DNA of 64,000 nucleotides from Flectonema sp. DT1601 (GCA_964019425.1 OZ025781.1:868001-932000); one strand, 5' to 3'; shown: positions 45,858 through 58,088, numbered from the stretch's first letter. Notes: a model not told the origin generated them from the letters alone. Translations and numbers: made by a program.

Positions 45858-47648
45858 TTACACAGGACAGACCAAATCGAGCGTTTGCTGCCAGATTGTC
45901 AGACCCAAGAATGAACAAAAAGGATGAGTTCCACCGGAATCCCAGACAGATACTTCCCAGTGAAGGGATTTCCCCATAAAGAAGGAAGGTAGAATCGCTC
46001 CAGGGCTGATTTCACCACTACTTGATAAGTTGTATAGTTCATTCACTACGGCAGAGTTAACTCGCCAGGCCCGGTCGCTGTTCTTTTTCCCACAGGCGAC
46101 ATCAACACTGGTTCCCGGAATGGGATGATAAATAAAAGGATACGAAATATCAAAACCCTTTTTAATGTTCTCTCTCATAAGCTGTTGATTAATATGAGAA
46201 CTTTGATGAACTGAATTGTGAAGACCCATATTAACGACAACAACCTTTTGAGCTGGCGAATATAGCTCCTCAACATTTCTCTTTAAGTTAGACAAATGGT
46301 CAAATAACGACCTTCCGATTGAATGAAATTCGATTTTTTCTGTTTCAGATTTTTTTCTGGATAGTTGTCCGAGTCGCTCATCAGTTCGATTCCCCCGCTG
46401 TGAAAGATGAGTATCCTTTGGTATTTTTGCACCCATCCACACAAATAGCTGATGACCATTGGTCATAGCAATTGAATCACCGACGTTTAAAAGAGAATAT
46501 CTACTCAAACAATCCCAGGCGTCGTCAACGCTGAAATAGCGAGGGCGACAGAGGTGGGGTCGATATCCCCATCGGGACTTTTTGTTGAATACAAATTTTG
46601 AATACTTGTGGGTCTCGTGAGGAATTGTCGGGCCGCAAGCGCCTACACTTTGAAGTAGTAAATGGTTATCAATAGAAGAACGTTCATTATCAAGTGGTCG
46701 TGTTGTTATCGGATGAGTACAGGTACCATTAGATTTACTGCACTCATCAACCCATCTACCAAACCAATGATCTTCATACGTTGGATACGATTGATGACAG
46801 AACGGTAATTCATTGTAAGGGACAAGACACTTTTCCTTATCCTCTGGTACTTCGATCTTCAAGTCCTGCCACACTTTACAGTGAAATGGCTTTTTCCGTT
46901 TCCTACATGATCTCACATCACAAACACTCGTACTCATAAAACGATCCCTGCCATGAGTTCTCTGAAATTTAAATCCACCTCCCTCAGTGTAGTTCTGCCT
47001 CATGAGATGAGGTCGAGTTCTAACTTTATAACTGCCGACTTCCATCGGTCGGAAGCTGATGACTTTCATCCAGCGATAGATTTCCGTCTGGAATGCATAC
47101 TCGATACTTCTCGGACCTTCAACCCGAATGTCTAGAACACTTTGTTTGCCGACAACCTCACCGCAGGTATTGAAAGTTTCAGTTCCAGCAATGGTCAAAA
47201 TGTGAACGACATGTCCGGGTTTTGGAGAAGTGTGACAGACCATAAAGAACCTGCCGTCATAAGGTTCTAAAATTCCATTTCCGAAATCTCCTTCTTTCTC
47301 ATCTACAGCTCCAGGAAAGTTCAGCTCATCTTTCCCGCACAACATTTCCATTTTCCGAATGTGTTCACCACACGCAGCTTCTAACGATTTCGGGATTCCC
47401 GTGATTTCCGGTGGCGGACCAGTCCCACAGCCGTCATGTTTCCAATTAGCTGGTAGTTCCAACGCGGGAATGTTTCGATAAAACGGCCTTTTCCCAATCA
47501 TAGGCACTGCAGTTCCCTTCCCTCTGCTCTGTTTAGCTGTTTGAGACACCTCAGTGTCATCAAATCGATCGTATGACGTTGTCATGTTGAATGCCAACAA
47601 AGAGAGAGTGACTGCGATTAGACATTTGAGTATTAATTTAGCACCCAT
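45858..47648 (-). CDS. Type II membrane protein, putative SGNH/PC-esterase-like O-acyltransferase or esterase
   Basis: N-terminal signal anchor, Cys-rich luminal region, CLSRYSLLNVGDS, VVNMGLH, terminal DSGGTH. Confidence 0.55.
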   Translation of the reverse strand: MGAKLILKCLIAVTLSLLAFNMTTSYDRFDDTEVSQTAKQSRGKGTAVPMIGKRPFYRNIPALELPANWKHDGCGTGPPPEITGIPKSLEAACGEHIRKMEMLCGKDELNFPGAVDEKEGDFGNGILEPYDGRFFMVCHTSPKPGHVVHILTIAGTETFNTCGEVVGKQSVLDIRVEGPRSIEYAFQTEIYRWMKVISFRPMEVGSYKVRTRPHLMRQNYTEGGGFKFQRTHGRDRFMSTSVCDVRSCRKRKKPFHCKVWQDLKIEVPEDKEKCLVPYNELPFCHQSYPTYEDHWFGRWVDECSKSNGTCTHPITTRPLDNERSSIDNHLLLQSVGACGPTIPHETHKYSKFVFNKKSRWGYRPHLCRPRYFSVDDAWDCLSRYSLLNVGDSIAMTNGHQLFVWMGAKIPKDTHLSQRGNRTDERLGQLSRKKSETEKIEFHSIGRSLFDHLSNLKRNVEELYSPAQKVVVVNMGLHNSVHQSSHINQQLMRENIKKGFDISYPFIYHPIPGTSVDVACGKKNSDRAWRVNSAVVNELYNLSSSGEISPGAILPSFFMGKSLHWEVSVWDSGGTHPFCSFLGLTIWQQTLDLVCPV

Positions 47649-48292
47649 CTGTGTGTAAGAAAAAACTAAAGAGACAAACAAAGTTACGAACAACCATGCC
47701 GTCGGCTATTCATTATCAGCGTATCAAAAAGAACTACTAAATAACTCATTATTATTACACAAAGTAATCAAATGTCACAACTAACTAACTCAACGTGAAT
47801 AGCAACTCGGAGTGTAAATGAACACCCCCACAGAAGCAGAAGGTACAAAAACAATTTTATCATTTTATCTAAATCATAACACTGAGAATAATAATAATAA
47901 TAATTATAATCTAATTCCGCCTGATTACTACAACTCCCTTCAGATCATATTTTGGATTGTGAACTCGAACAGAGAGAGAGTTGATTATTAAAAAGTCAGA
48001 AGAACACATTGATATTATTTACTGACACTGCTGACTATTTTCATAGACAGAAGTACTTATTACTAATGTTAAGAAGATAGATACCGTACGGCATCCTAAA
48101 GAAAACAATTACAAACACATCCGCAGCATTGCTGCGGAAATCTGTGCTTTTCACGATTGAGAAAGTCGTTGGCTAATTGGTGAAGTATTTTAATTGTTGA
48201 GCACGCATGGCTGAGTGCACAATTTAGTGATTGGTCTGTTAGATATCACTCGTAGCTATTTAGTAGTGTAACTATTTCCCGCGAGATTACGA

Positions 48293-48607
48293 CTAGCCGT
48301 GTTTCCAAAGTAATATTTGATGTTCTCCAAAACTAAAGTGTACAAACTTCATCGATTCGTACGATACAAAAGCCCCGAAGTGTTTTCCATAGACGCAGTG
48401 CCATCGTCCAGGTCCAAGAGCCCTGTCGGCTTCTTTTTTTATGAACATGGAAATGTCTCTCTCAGTCGCTTGGTCTTTTTGATTTAATGAATTGCTTGCG
48501 AACTCAATTGCCTTCTGTTGCTCTTCTTCAGCCATGTATGCATTCAGTATTGTTACTTTACGTTCTACAACATCTTTCTTTTCTTTGTCCTTTGCGCGGT
48601 CACCCAT
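48293..48607 (-). CDS. Dynein light chain type 1 (LC8-like family)
   Basis: MAEEEQQKAIE, ISMFIKKEAD, WHCVYGKHFGAFVSYE, ILLWKHG. Confidence 0.92.
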   Translation of the reverse strand: MGDRAKDKEKKDVVERKVTILNAYMAEEEQQKAIEFASNSLNQKDQATERDISMFIKKEADRALGPGRWHCVYGKHFGAFVSYESMKFVHFSFGEHQILLWKHG

Positions 48608-49193
48608 TGAATGTTAGGGGGGACTGAAGAGATGGTAATTACGAATTGTTACCTTTTTAAACATCGAAATCAACTTTCAGACTGACACAAAGCAGTCGGA
48701 CTGCGTTAATCGCGACATATCTACGGCAGAGCTGTTGGTGGAATTATTTAATAAAAACTTATCAACTATTTCGTAAAATAAAAAGCTGTTCAGGTAGCAA
48801 TTTGCAAAATTAACTACTTTCAGCGGCATTATTTTTACCACGGAAACCACGGAGTGGTTTATAAATGGAAAATTGAAACCTGCTCTCATAAATATATTTT
48901 CTGTTTTTTTTTTTGTTTTTTTTTATATTGGATCATTTTTTTTCTCGTTAGATCGGAGTTGCAGCTATTTTTTCAAAGTATAGCTGTCCTCCTCCTCCTC
49001 CTTAAAAGAGTACAATCACTGCGAACCAAATCCATACTAATGTGGGATTCGATTACCGATATGACATCACTTTCTGAGGTGCTTAATATTTCACAATGTT
49101 CCTCAGTGTGTATTAAGAACTTTTAATTAGACAGCTACTGCAGTCAGGTCGATTTTCAGATACCTACACTTGGTCGATATTTTTCGAACAAGT

Positions 49194-50585
49194 TTAAAAT
49201 CCTCTAGGTTCTAATGACTGATCAAGTGATTGATGACTACCTGGCTTATTATAAAGTAACATCAGAGGAATGAATGGGAAGATGTTGAGGAACAACGCAA
49301 TAGCACTCGATAAGACTACAATACTCGCGGAGTCTAAGTTATTATTACTGTGAGAGCTAATCTGAGAAATTGCAACTGCTACGAATGCCACTTCCACCAA
49401 AGTAATTAATATTGTTTGAAGTATGCGACCACACAATGTCTTAGGAGGTGGACCATTAACTAATGCCCAAGAGGGTATAATTCCGTACGCTAATGGAAAC
49501 AATGAACTGACGATTTTTGCAGCCTGCGCTGATAAAACAATCCAATCATCTCTAGGCGCTTGAATATCAATTCTAATTGCAGCGATGCCTGAGTCTTCAC
49601 ATTCTCTTAACATTTCCTCAACGTCGGATTCGGGAAGTCCCTTTAACGTTCTCCTTAAGATGTCGATAATATTTCTTAATTGGCTACTGGTATATTGAGC
49701 AAGGATAGCTTCATGAGCTTTCCCCATCAGTATCGCGACAAATGTAACCATTGGCTTCAAACTATAAGACTTAATACAATGCTGCCACAGTTTTGGAAGG
49801 AAATCGTCTCCTCCAAATGGCTGACACAGTAGTGATCCACAAAGCTGTCGGTAGATCATAAAACAACTATTTTTCAATTCGTCTTGTTCATCCAGCTTGT
49901 TACACAATCGCGCGCACTTTATTTGAAGTTTTGACTGCAGGAAGTCAACATTATCGTCAACTTCTTTCTCTGACATAAAACAACTTTCAAATACCATCGC
50001 AACGCGAACACTCATCACGTCATCCAAGTAACAGAGAAGCTCCCCGAGTACGTGTATCAAGTCGTCATTCCACAAACCACCAAGGTTTCCTTCATATCCT
50101 TGTTCTACCTTTAATGCTACAAAAGCGGCAAACGTTCTGTTTTTATTTTAACTCCTTTTCACTTTTCTGATTGCTTTGAGCATCCAAAGTTCAGCAACAA
50201 CTATAGCTGCAAAAAACTGAACTAATCATGTCAACATACCTTGAGATTCTAGCACTGAATCCTACAACACCTCCACTAGAGAGTTGGACAAGTGGATGTC
50301 TGCCAAACATTGTGGGCAGTTTATCTAATCGACTCCTGACCTCTGGTGGTAGAGATGTGTCTTCGTAGCCAGCGAGACTCAAGAGTTTCGTTCCAACAGA
50401 TTCCAACAAATCCTGTTTAGTGTTTGTAAGAAAGCTCTTTACTTGAGTTGGTAATAATTACAAAATACTTCATCAGAATACACAACAATAACTTATCGAA
50501 AACATACTTTTCTATTGCAAGCTCCAACAACCTTCTCTCCGACGTCTAAGTTAGGGACCATCACCTGATTCTGTTCCATTGACAT
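49194..50585 (-). CDS. Hypothetical protein with C-terminal TM helices, 3 coding exons (50585-50508, 50412-50240, 50136-49194)
   Basis: Two GTATGT...AACAG introns link MSMEQNQ..., DLLESVG... and TFAAFVALK...LWNDD in frame. Hydrophobic C-terminal segments. No family recognised. Confidence 0.6.
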
Positions 50586-51181
50586 CTTAATTGAGCCCAC
50601 CCGCAGGCTGGAGTAAAAGATATGAAGTAAGAATAATTAGATTACATCCTGTTACTTACCTGATGGACAAACTGAATGAAAGACCCGCATACCCATCTCA
50701 CTGACACCTGTGAAACAAAAAAACTTGCGTGAGAGACACACCACCGATGGGCGACTCATACAGGACGATTACTAAGCCGCCCAGTTGACTAGACTGAAGG
50801 TACAAAATATGACACTATTCTTTTTATTGCAACGGAAATACATTCGGTTTTCTTTATATTCAGGAGGATCGGTGTTCGGAAGGTGAATAACGAAGTTCGG
50901 GGGGGGATGTCTTATGAAATTACTTTTGTATATCAACTCGTGATGTAACTATCGAGACTTGGGATTCCACGAGAGGTAGAAGCCTTACAGCTAAGAAAGG
51001 CGAACTGTAAGAATAAAATAATATGCAATAAAGCCACCAAGTGACTCCATGCACTGTGACTTATCTTTGAATTGATCAGAAAGTACAACATCAATGAGAG
51101 CTACGCTAAAGCGAACAACAAATTTGATTCGTCACATTAATTAACAAACGACAAGGATACACAAAGTAAATAGTATCGCTA

Positions 51182-53632
51182 CTAATGGTAGTTGGGTGCT
51201 GATCGCGACCTTCCGTTCCGTGATGCGCTTGATCGAACTGACTGTGGACTGCCCAAGTGAACAGTTCGAGCCCTCGACGCAAATTGCAGGGTACAAATTG
51301 ACTCCGACGTTGCAGATGCTGCTGGTGATACCGTTGTAATCATAACAACTTTTGATCCTTTCTTAAGACAAGGCTGCAACATGTGAGTCAGACGAGAGTT
51401 TCTGTAAGGTACGTAATTACTACCACATGCTAAGGCGGAGATGACATTTCCAAGTGCAGACAACGATCTGTTGATGTGCTGAGTTTCTTTTAATAAATTC
51501 GAAGAAGGATTACTTGTTTTAATTGAACCATGAATAGTGTGATGTGTTGGGATTCTTTCTGATCCCGCGAGATCAACGAGATAGACCTGACCGTTTAAGT
51601 TTTCACGAGTAACAATATTAGTGCCTTCAACTCTAGCAAGAATCGCACAATGAGATCTAGAAGAATGAATATTTATATTTGACACTCCTACAGATCTGGC
51701 TCTCTCACCCGCCAGGAGTATCTCTGCGATGTCTACTTGCGAGTTCTTTATTTCGAATTCAGTTCCAAAATGCTCGCCGTGTTTCTTTTCTATTTCAATA
51801 TGAGATAGTAAGTCAGATGCATTTTCATTATAAACCTCACTTATGGAAACAAATAATTTATATTTGAATCCACCGAGTGATTCTCGTTGTTTCATTTTAT
51901 CAAATAACTCAGTGAGGAGAGATACGACAACACCGAACTCACCAAGCATTGAGTGAGTCTTACCAGAACCAGTCTGTCCATAAGCGATAACACAACACGT
52001 ACGACCGTCGAGAACGGAGTCAGAGACGCCATCTACTTCGTTAAATAAATCAGATTGTGTTGAGTCAGGTGGTAGCACTGCATCAACTTGAAAGTTACAC
52101 CGCTGACCATTAGACCTGTCTAATGAAACGGCGTCTGGAAGTGCTATACGGGGAGCGAACGTTTCGTGTCTTTCAGATTCTAAAAGCGGCCTTATACGAG
52201 CAACGACACGGATAGTGCCTCTCAGTTGTTGAAGCTGTTGATGTAATTTTCGCCGTTCACTATCAGCTTGCGCAAACATTGCCTCCGCCTGTAATATTCT
52301 ATCGGTGTTGCCTTGCTGAACTTTGTCAGCAGCTCGCTTGACTTCTTTTTTTACGAATTCGGTTATTTGTTTGCTGAATGCTTCTCGCAAGAAGACCCAA
52401 CTTCTCTTCATATCCATCGCCTCTTGTCTTTGAGAATGTAGCTGTTCTCTAAGTTCTCGCAACGTTCCCTGCATTTGAACTAACTTGTCGGCTGTTTGTG
52501 CTGATATTTGATCTCCTCTTTGGCGAGGTATCGACTGCTCGACTTCGATCTGGTACTGTTGGTGCTTGTCCTTTGCTTTAGCGAGTGAAAGTTCGCGTTC
52601 CAACTTGTCGACTCTTCTTCGCAATCCCATATTTGCTCCTCTCAGAGCTTCCGTAGTGGCTGATTCTGAATGCATCGGCGAGTCTGGTACGGGATCTTCG
52701 ATGGTAGCCGCAAGCCTCGCGAGCTCTTCAGCTCGCTGTATTAATCCAGCGCTTGCTTCTGACAAAGCGGCCCGAATACTACCAGGCTCGACACTACTGC
52801 CACGAGAGTATTGCGAACTGTAACTCATCGGAAGATGAATTCCCTGCGGCACAGTAGGATGGCCCTGAGTAGATGGTGAAACAGGTGAAGGAGATGGCAT
52901 AACTCCAGAAGCTATTTTTACAGATGCTTCGGATTCCCACGGCCCGGAAACTCCAGTTGCGATAACTGGTACCGACTTTTTGACCTGCTGACTACCATTT
53001 GTAGTACTGCGAGGACTACAATCTGAATCCCAGGCCCCATAACCTGCAGCAGAAGACAAAACAGCTGTTGACTTTCCCACAGTAACTGCATCAGAGTTGG
53101 CAGGAGAGGCAACTCCTCCCGGTTCCCACGGACCGGAATTGTGTGATAGTCTCGGAGAAGGCGGCCTCTTTGAGGATGCCGGCACAGCGATCATCGTCGT
53201 AGTCCCGGTTGTTGGAATACCCCTGACAGGTGATCGCATTGATCCAACACTTTCAGAACGTTGTTTGCTGTGCTTTTTCGTAAGTAATTCGTCTCCTTGA
53301 GAATTAGTTGAGTTCGGACTTCTGTGTACAATTTCTTCTTCCGCATTTGAGTCCAAAACATTAATGTGTGTGTTGCCACTGACGACATTCGTACTATTTG
53401 AGGTGCTCAGAATATTGCTGTCGTTTCCGTTAGGCGACTGAAACTCGAATTTCCTCCTCAACAGTACGGTATCTTCTGCTGACACTGAACTAGTTCTCAC
53501 TCTTTTGGGTGACGTCACAGGTCGGCATATCTGAGCTGCTGCAGGTGGTGGAGGGGACACCAAGTACTCATACTCTACGTCACCTTCTTCCACTTCATCT
53601 GGTGGGGATACGGGTAACATTGTTGAACTCAT
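51182..53632 (-). CDS. Kinesin-14 (C-terminal motor) protein
   Basis: LRGTIRVVARIRP neck, YGQTGSGKT, SSRSH, LVDLAGSER, VPYRNSRLT, preceded by a coiled coil. Confidence 0.95.
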   Translation of the reverse strand: MSSTMLPVSPPDEVEEGDVEYEYLVSPPPPAAAQICRPVTSPKRVRTSSVSAEDTVLLRRKFEFQSPNGNDSNILSTSNSTNVVSGNTHINVLDSNAEEEIVHRSPNSTNSQGDELLTKKHSKQRSESVGSMRSPVRGIPTTGTTTMIAVPASSKRPPSPRLSHNSGPWEPGGVASPANSDAVTVGKSTAVLSSAAGYGAWDSDCSPRSTTNGSQQVKKSVPVIATGVSGPWESEASVKIASGVMPSPSPVSPSTQGHPTVPQGIHLPMSYSSQYSRGSSVEPGSIRAALSEASAGLIQRAEELARLAATIEDPVPDSPMHSESATTEALRGANMGLRRRVDKLERELSLAKAKDKHQQYQIEVEQSIPRQRGDQISAQTADKLVQMQGTLRELREQLHSQRQEAMDMKRSWVFLREAFSKQITEFVKKEVKRAADKVQQGNTDRILQAEAMFAQADSERRKLHQQLQQLRGTIRVVARIRPLLESERHETFAPRIALPDAVSLDRSNGQRCNFQVDAVLPPDSTQSDLFNEVDGVSDSVLDGRTCCVIAYGQTGSGKTHSMLGEFGVVVSLLTELFDKMKQRESLGGFKYKLFVSISEVYNENASDLLSHIEIEKKHGEHFGTEFEIKNSQVDIAEILLAGERARSVGVSNINIHSSRSHCAILARVEGTNIVTRENLNGQVYLVDLAGSERIPTHHTIHGSIKTSNPSSNLLKETQHINRSLSALGNVISALACGSNYVPYRNSRLTHMLQPCLKKGSKVVMITTVSPAASATSESICTLQFASRARTVHLGSPQSVRSSASRNGRSRSAPNYH

Positions 53633-53851
53633 TAAGTAGGGTCCTGAAGGAATTAATATATAATTAAGTGTTTACATAATTCTCATTGTAATTGAAGGTG
53701 CTGATCAGAACAGGCGTACATTGAAACATGCAAGCAGTTCGAAGCGGTGAAAGCAGAGCTGAATAAACTCACTGAATGCTGACAAACATTCCACTAATTA
53801 AGAGATACATTATAAAGTTAAACTTTGACTAACCGTCAACAACAATAAATA

Positions 53852-54679
53852 TTAATTTGCGACCGTTGGCTGTGAATCCAGTCGCGCTAGCTCTCCGTGG
53901 AGACCAGCAAAGAAAACCTTTTGCTTTCCAAAGTGATAGTAAATAGTAAAGTGCGAAGCTTCATTTGGATTAACCTCACACAGCAACCAGGGGTTACTGG
54001 ATGCAGTGTGACTGGCAGATAATGAGAACAGAGGAGCGTCCCCGTGGGTAACAGGAATGTCACCAACAGAAGAAGTATGTTTTGTGATTACAGCTTTCAA
54101 CGGAAGCCATCTATCCAACTCATTTAAATACCTGTTGTCAAGTGTAATAACATAATGAGGAACTGGACTTCTATTTGGAGGTCTCATAGCTGCTAACCAT
54201 TTCATCGTCTCAGATAGTAAACAAATGCAGCGGATGATTTCTCCCTTATCTCCACGAAACCATGATGTAAAATCATCAACTAAAATGACTGTCGGCAGCC
54301 TTTCACGAGGTGTCTCGTGAATTCTAGCAATGTAGTGGAGGAGTTTTTCACCCGATGTGACGTATTTTAAATCAATTTTTCTTAAGATGTGTTCTTTCGA
54401 ACCAGTTTCATTAATGTCAGCCAGAGGGAGATTCCTCAACTTGTCTTGATCACACAGAAGTAATACCTGTTCTCCCATTGCTGCTATCGATAATCCGTAT
54501 TCGAATAGAAGAATTGATTTCCCACATTGTTCTGGTCCACACAACCCAATCCCAACTCCACTAAAACAATAATCTTTTTCCTTTCTATCACTAGCAGTTC
54601 CAACAGTAAAGAATGAGAGAGGATATACCAAAGGGTCTAAGTGATGGTCTTGAGTAGCGCCACATGTTTGTTCTGTCAT
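53852..54679 (-). CDS. RecA-fold ATPase, SWSAP1-like (Shu complex)
   Basis: Walker A GPEQCGKS followed by LLFEYG, KIDLKY, Walker B LPTVILVDD. Confidence 0.65.
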   Translation of the reverse strand: MTEQTCGATQDHHLDPLVYPLSFFTVGTASDRKEKDYCFSGVGIGLCGPEQCGKSILLFEYGLSIAAMGEQVLLLCDQDKLRNLPLADINETGSKEHILRKIDLKYVTSGEKLLHYIARIHETPRERLPTVILVDDFTSWFRGDKGEIIRCICLLSETMKWLAAMRPPNRSPVPHYVITLDNRYLNELDRWLPLKAVITKHTSSVGDIPVTHGDAPLFSLSASHTASSNPWLLCEVNPNEASHFTIYYHFGKQKVFFAGLHGELARLDSQPTVAN

Positions 54680-54875
54680 TTGAGCTGCTAAATTAAATGA
54701 AATCTGAAAAGTAATTATCCTCTTCAACAGATTCACTCTCACTAATAATAAATTAGTTTTAGTGATCTTCAGATCACTGCAAAAGTTGAGTTGTGGGTCG
54801 TTGCACTGTCAGCTACTATTTTAATCAAATTCTCCATTTTTGTTGTAAATCAGCAATAGCGACGCTAATGGAGAA

Positions 54876-55460
54876 TTAGTTGTTTCTGTTATGAACTGGT
54901 GGAGGATTAGAGGACGTACTAATCTTCCGGTGTGGGTTTTGAGGAATGTGATCAGGGTCAGGGAATTCAGTTGCCCAAGCAACAGGCCAAGCACCGCAGT
55001 GGTTTAAACACTTCATTGGAGACCACCAATCCCCAGTTCCTCCCTGAGAAGGAGGAGGTCCTTCCCAGTGGAGTGGTTCCTGACACGGTTCACAGTAAGA
55101 CCACCAGAACTTTATCATTTCATTATCTGAACATTTCTTCATATCAGCTGCGAAATCATCTCCAACATACTCCCAGTGATGAAACATTTGACTTGTCTCT
55201 TCGTGATAATAGACTACAAAGTTTCTCATGTTTGCTTCGTACATCTGTTTGGTCACTTCATCCCAAGTCCCATCATGTAATTGAGTGTACTGATCGAACA
55301 TGTCGGGTTTCAGTTTTATTAAACCAGCGAACCTCTTTGGAGCTTTTCTGTTACCCTTCGCAGTTTTAGCAGCTATAACTTTCCCCTGTTCCCTCATACA
55401 AAGGAATGTTGCGATACCACCAGCTGAAGCAGCTGATACAAGTTGAAGAAATAAATTCAT
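54876..55460 (-). CDS. L-rhamnose mutarotase-like protein (RhaM/DUF718)
   Basis: IKLKPD...YTQLHDGTWDEV...NMRNFVVY...EYVGDDFAADM...WW...PCQ, with a hydrophobic N-terminal extension. Confidence 0.85.
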   Translation of the reverse strand: MNLFLQLVSAASAGGIATFLCMREQGKVIAAKTAKGNRKAPKRFAGLIKLKPDMFDQYTQLHDGTWDEVTKQMYEANMRNFVVYYHEETSQMFHHWEYVGDDFAADMKKCSDNEMIKFWWSYCEPCQEPLHWEGPPPSQGGTGDWWSPMKCLNHCGAWPVAWATEFPDPDHIPQNPHRKISTSSNPPPVHNRNN

Positions 55461-55956
55461 ATTGTTATCTCTCTCTGGGTGTCAAATAATGTAGCGATTG
55501 AAGTAATTTGCATCCAACACTTTATGAAGCGCAATTTTCAAATAGTTCGCACAACACTCGCAAAAAAGGAATACTTATATATTTATTTATTTTGAAAATC
55601 CTAGCACTTGTACATCATGGTAAGCTTACGGGGTATCAGTCATTTGATACCACACAACCGTAAAGACTCCCTCAGGCGTGAAGGGACGTTGTGACAATCA
55701 GTATTCGTGTTAAGACCCACTTGAATAAAGAGCAACTGTTAAAGATGGTTGATAATCCCTATTTTCGCCAAGAGAGGAGGCGCATGCCACTTTGACAATG
55801 TAAAAACAGTAACAACTTTAGGTATTAAAAACAAAACTAATATCAAGTACTTGACTGAAAAATATTTGTAGTTGTTAATCAAAGAACATTACGTTTAGAA
55901 AAAAGAAAACATAAAAAGAGAAAACTATATTTTTTGTCTTACTGACCACAAGACGT

Positions 55957-56123
55957 TGTCGAATCTGGTAATTCGGGGACCACATACTAACAGGTTGAGC
56001 GTTCCATGCCCTGTAGTCCGTTACAGTTAGTATCATTAATTTTAGAACAGAAAAGTGAGAATAAGAAAAGTAGAGATTAATAAAAGAAAAGTATTCATTT
56101 CTGCAGTTTCCTAACATCAAAGG
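55957..56123 (-). repeat. Dispersed repeats B (56123-56029) and A (56026-55957), adjacent
   Basis: Reverse-complement homology to 30141-30235 and 29527-29594. Confidence 0.88.
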
Positions 56124-56873
56124 TTAGTTACAACTTACACTTAACCGAAGTTAAAAGAAAAAAACAGTTCTTATTCTAGCTAGTTCGTAGCACACTACTA
56201 GCGGCGCACTCTTTTGTTACAAAAAACAAAAAGTATAGCGTTGCCACAGGGGGGAAACCAAATAAAATAAAATAAAACAGAAATTTCTTTTTGGGGGGAA
56301 TGCGAGTTTGAACTTTCTTTTATTTGTTCAAGGAATACTTCACCGTAAACGACAAAATGAGTGACTGCCATTTGGAGAAACAAAGCACGTGTTAAGAAGT
56401 ACCTTGACTTACATAACGAGAACATCCGGTAAAAACATATTAAATTTTCTTACCGAACCCAATGGGGAAGAGTCCAACAGTCATACTGTAATACTGCGAA
56501 AGGGAAAAGGGATTTTTAGATAGCAGATAAGAAAGAGGCCATACAAGTTACGGAGGGAGGATGATGCCACAAAAACCTCGCGACACCACGAAGAGGTGGG
56601 CGCAGTCGGCCTTGACCACTATAAAATAACTTTCGTTTGATGTATTTTACGAATAAGTTGCAAATACTTTCCGTCCCGATATCGGCCGAGATATCGGCGG
56701 AGAAAAGGGAATAAAACAAGGAAATGGATTTAACTTAAACTAACACGGAAATCGGGAAACATAAAACCATTTTATTGTTTTCCCGTCCGAACAATATTTT
56801 TCAGTACCTTACAATACTTCAAACAAAAATACAAAAAATAAATGACAACCAAGAATCAATACAACACTTTACA

Positions 56874-58088
56874 TTAAACAGACCGTTCAAAGAGAGCTCT
56901 ATTATTATTTTGAGGCAGCTGAACAGTTTTCAGGGCGCTGCATTTATTGAGGAAGCGTCCACCAATTTTCTTCACATCACTAAGACCGGAAAGGTCTAGA
57001 GAAGTGATTTCTGAACATTCAAACAAAAAACTATTTCCAATACTAGTGACACTACTAAGACCTGAAAGGTCAAGAGAAGTGATTTGTGAACACTCATACA
57101 AGAAATCATTTCCAATACTGGTGACACAACTAAGACCCGAAAGGTCAACAGAAGTGAGTTGTGAACATCTAAACAAAAAACTATTTCCAATACTAGTGAC
57201 ACTACTAAGACCTGAAAGGTCAAGAGAAGTGATTTCTGAACAACAATTCAAGAAATCATCTCCAATACTGGTGACACTACTAAGACTGGAAAGGTCAAGA
57301 GAAGTGATTTCTGAACAATTATACAAGAAATCATTTCCAATACTGGTGACACTACTAAGACCGGAAAGGTCAAGAAAAGTGATTTTTAAAAACTCAGACA
57401 AGAAGTCATCTCCAATACTGGTGACACTACTAAGACCGGAAAGGTCAAGAGAAGTGATTTCTGAACATTCAAACAAAAAACAATCTCCAATACTGGTGAC
57501 ACTACTAAGACCGGAAAGGTCAAGAGAAGTGATTTCTGAACACTTATACAAGAAATAATCTCCAATACTGGTCACACTACTAAGACCGGAAAGGTCAAGA
57601 GAAGTGATTTCTGAACAATTATGCAAGAAGTCATCTCCAATAGCAGTAACTTGTGAGATGACCGTGCTATTGCAATTTGAATGGCGGAAGGAAATCCGTT
57701 TGGCATCTGAAGGAAGCAACCCCTCGTCAACAGTGAGGCAACCATCCACCGAGAATGTGAGAGTGTCCAGACATAAATTCTCCGTAATGTGGTCTCTGAT
57801 CCAAAGAAGCAGCTTCTCCCTTTTTTTATCATCAACAAACCAACATTTACCGAAGATCCGAACCAGCTTCTCCCATATTTCCAACTCGCTGTTTGCACCC
57901 ACTCCATGATCTGCTAGCCGATCACTGTCGCAAAGGGCATCACCAGCGAACGACAGTTCAACTTCCTCCAGATCGACATCCCACTCGCCAGCCGCTGCCG
58001 TCAACACGTCGCTCACAACAGAATCAGCACCAACTGTGACTGACACCGCAGGGAATCCTAAATCCGGACACGTCACGAAAACTTGCAT
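56874..58088 (-). CDS. Ubiquitin-like domain plus 25-aa leucine-rich-repeat protein
   Basis: N-terminal Ubl (MQVFV...VELSFAGDAL...LADHGV...ELEI), then about nine repeats of EITSLDLSGLSSVTSIGxxFLxxCS. Confidence 0.9.
   Translation of the reverse strand: MQVFVTCPDLGFPAVSVTVGADSVVSDVLTAAAGEWDVDLEEVELSFAGDALCDSDRLADHGVGANSELEIWEKLVRIFGKCWFVDDKKREKLLLWIRDHITENLCLDTLTFSVDGCLTVDEGLLPSDAKRISFRHSNCNSTVISQVTAIGDDFLHNCSEITSLDLSGLSSVTSIGDYFLYKCSEITSLDLSGLSSVTSIGDCFLFECSEITSLDLSGLSSVTSIGDDFLSEFLKITFLDLSGLSSVTSIGNDFLYNCSEITSLDLSSLSSVTSIGDDFLNCCSEITSLDLSGLSSVTSIGNSFLFRCSQLTSVDLSGLSCVTSIGNDFLYECSQITSLDLSGLSSVTSIGNSFLFECSEITSLDLSGLSDVKKIGGRFLNKCSALKTVQLPQNNNRALFERSV
56975..57650 (-). repeat. 75-bp coding tandem repeat (LRR units)
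   Basis: GAAGTGATTT recurs at 57001, 57301, 57451 and 57601 (multiples of 75). Confidence 0.95.

Noticed and set aside
55627..55670. Single-hairpin AGA snoRNA (TTACGG-GGTATCA...TGATACC-CCGTAA-AGA)
   Set aside because: The internal loop is one-sided, so there is no bipartite guide pocket, and it is antisense to the local cluster.
56947..57909. Antisense ORFs over the LRR gene
   Set aside because: Shadow frames produced by the 75-bp repeat, with no independent motifs.
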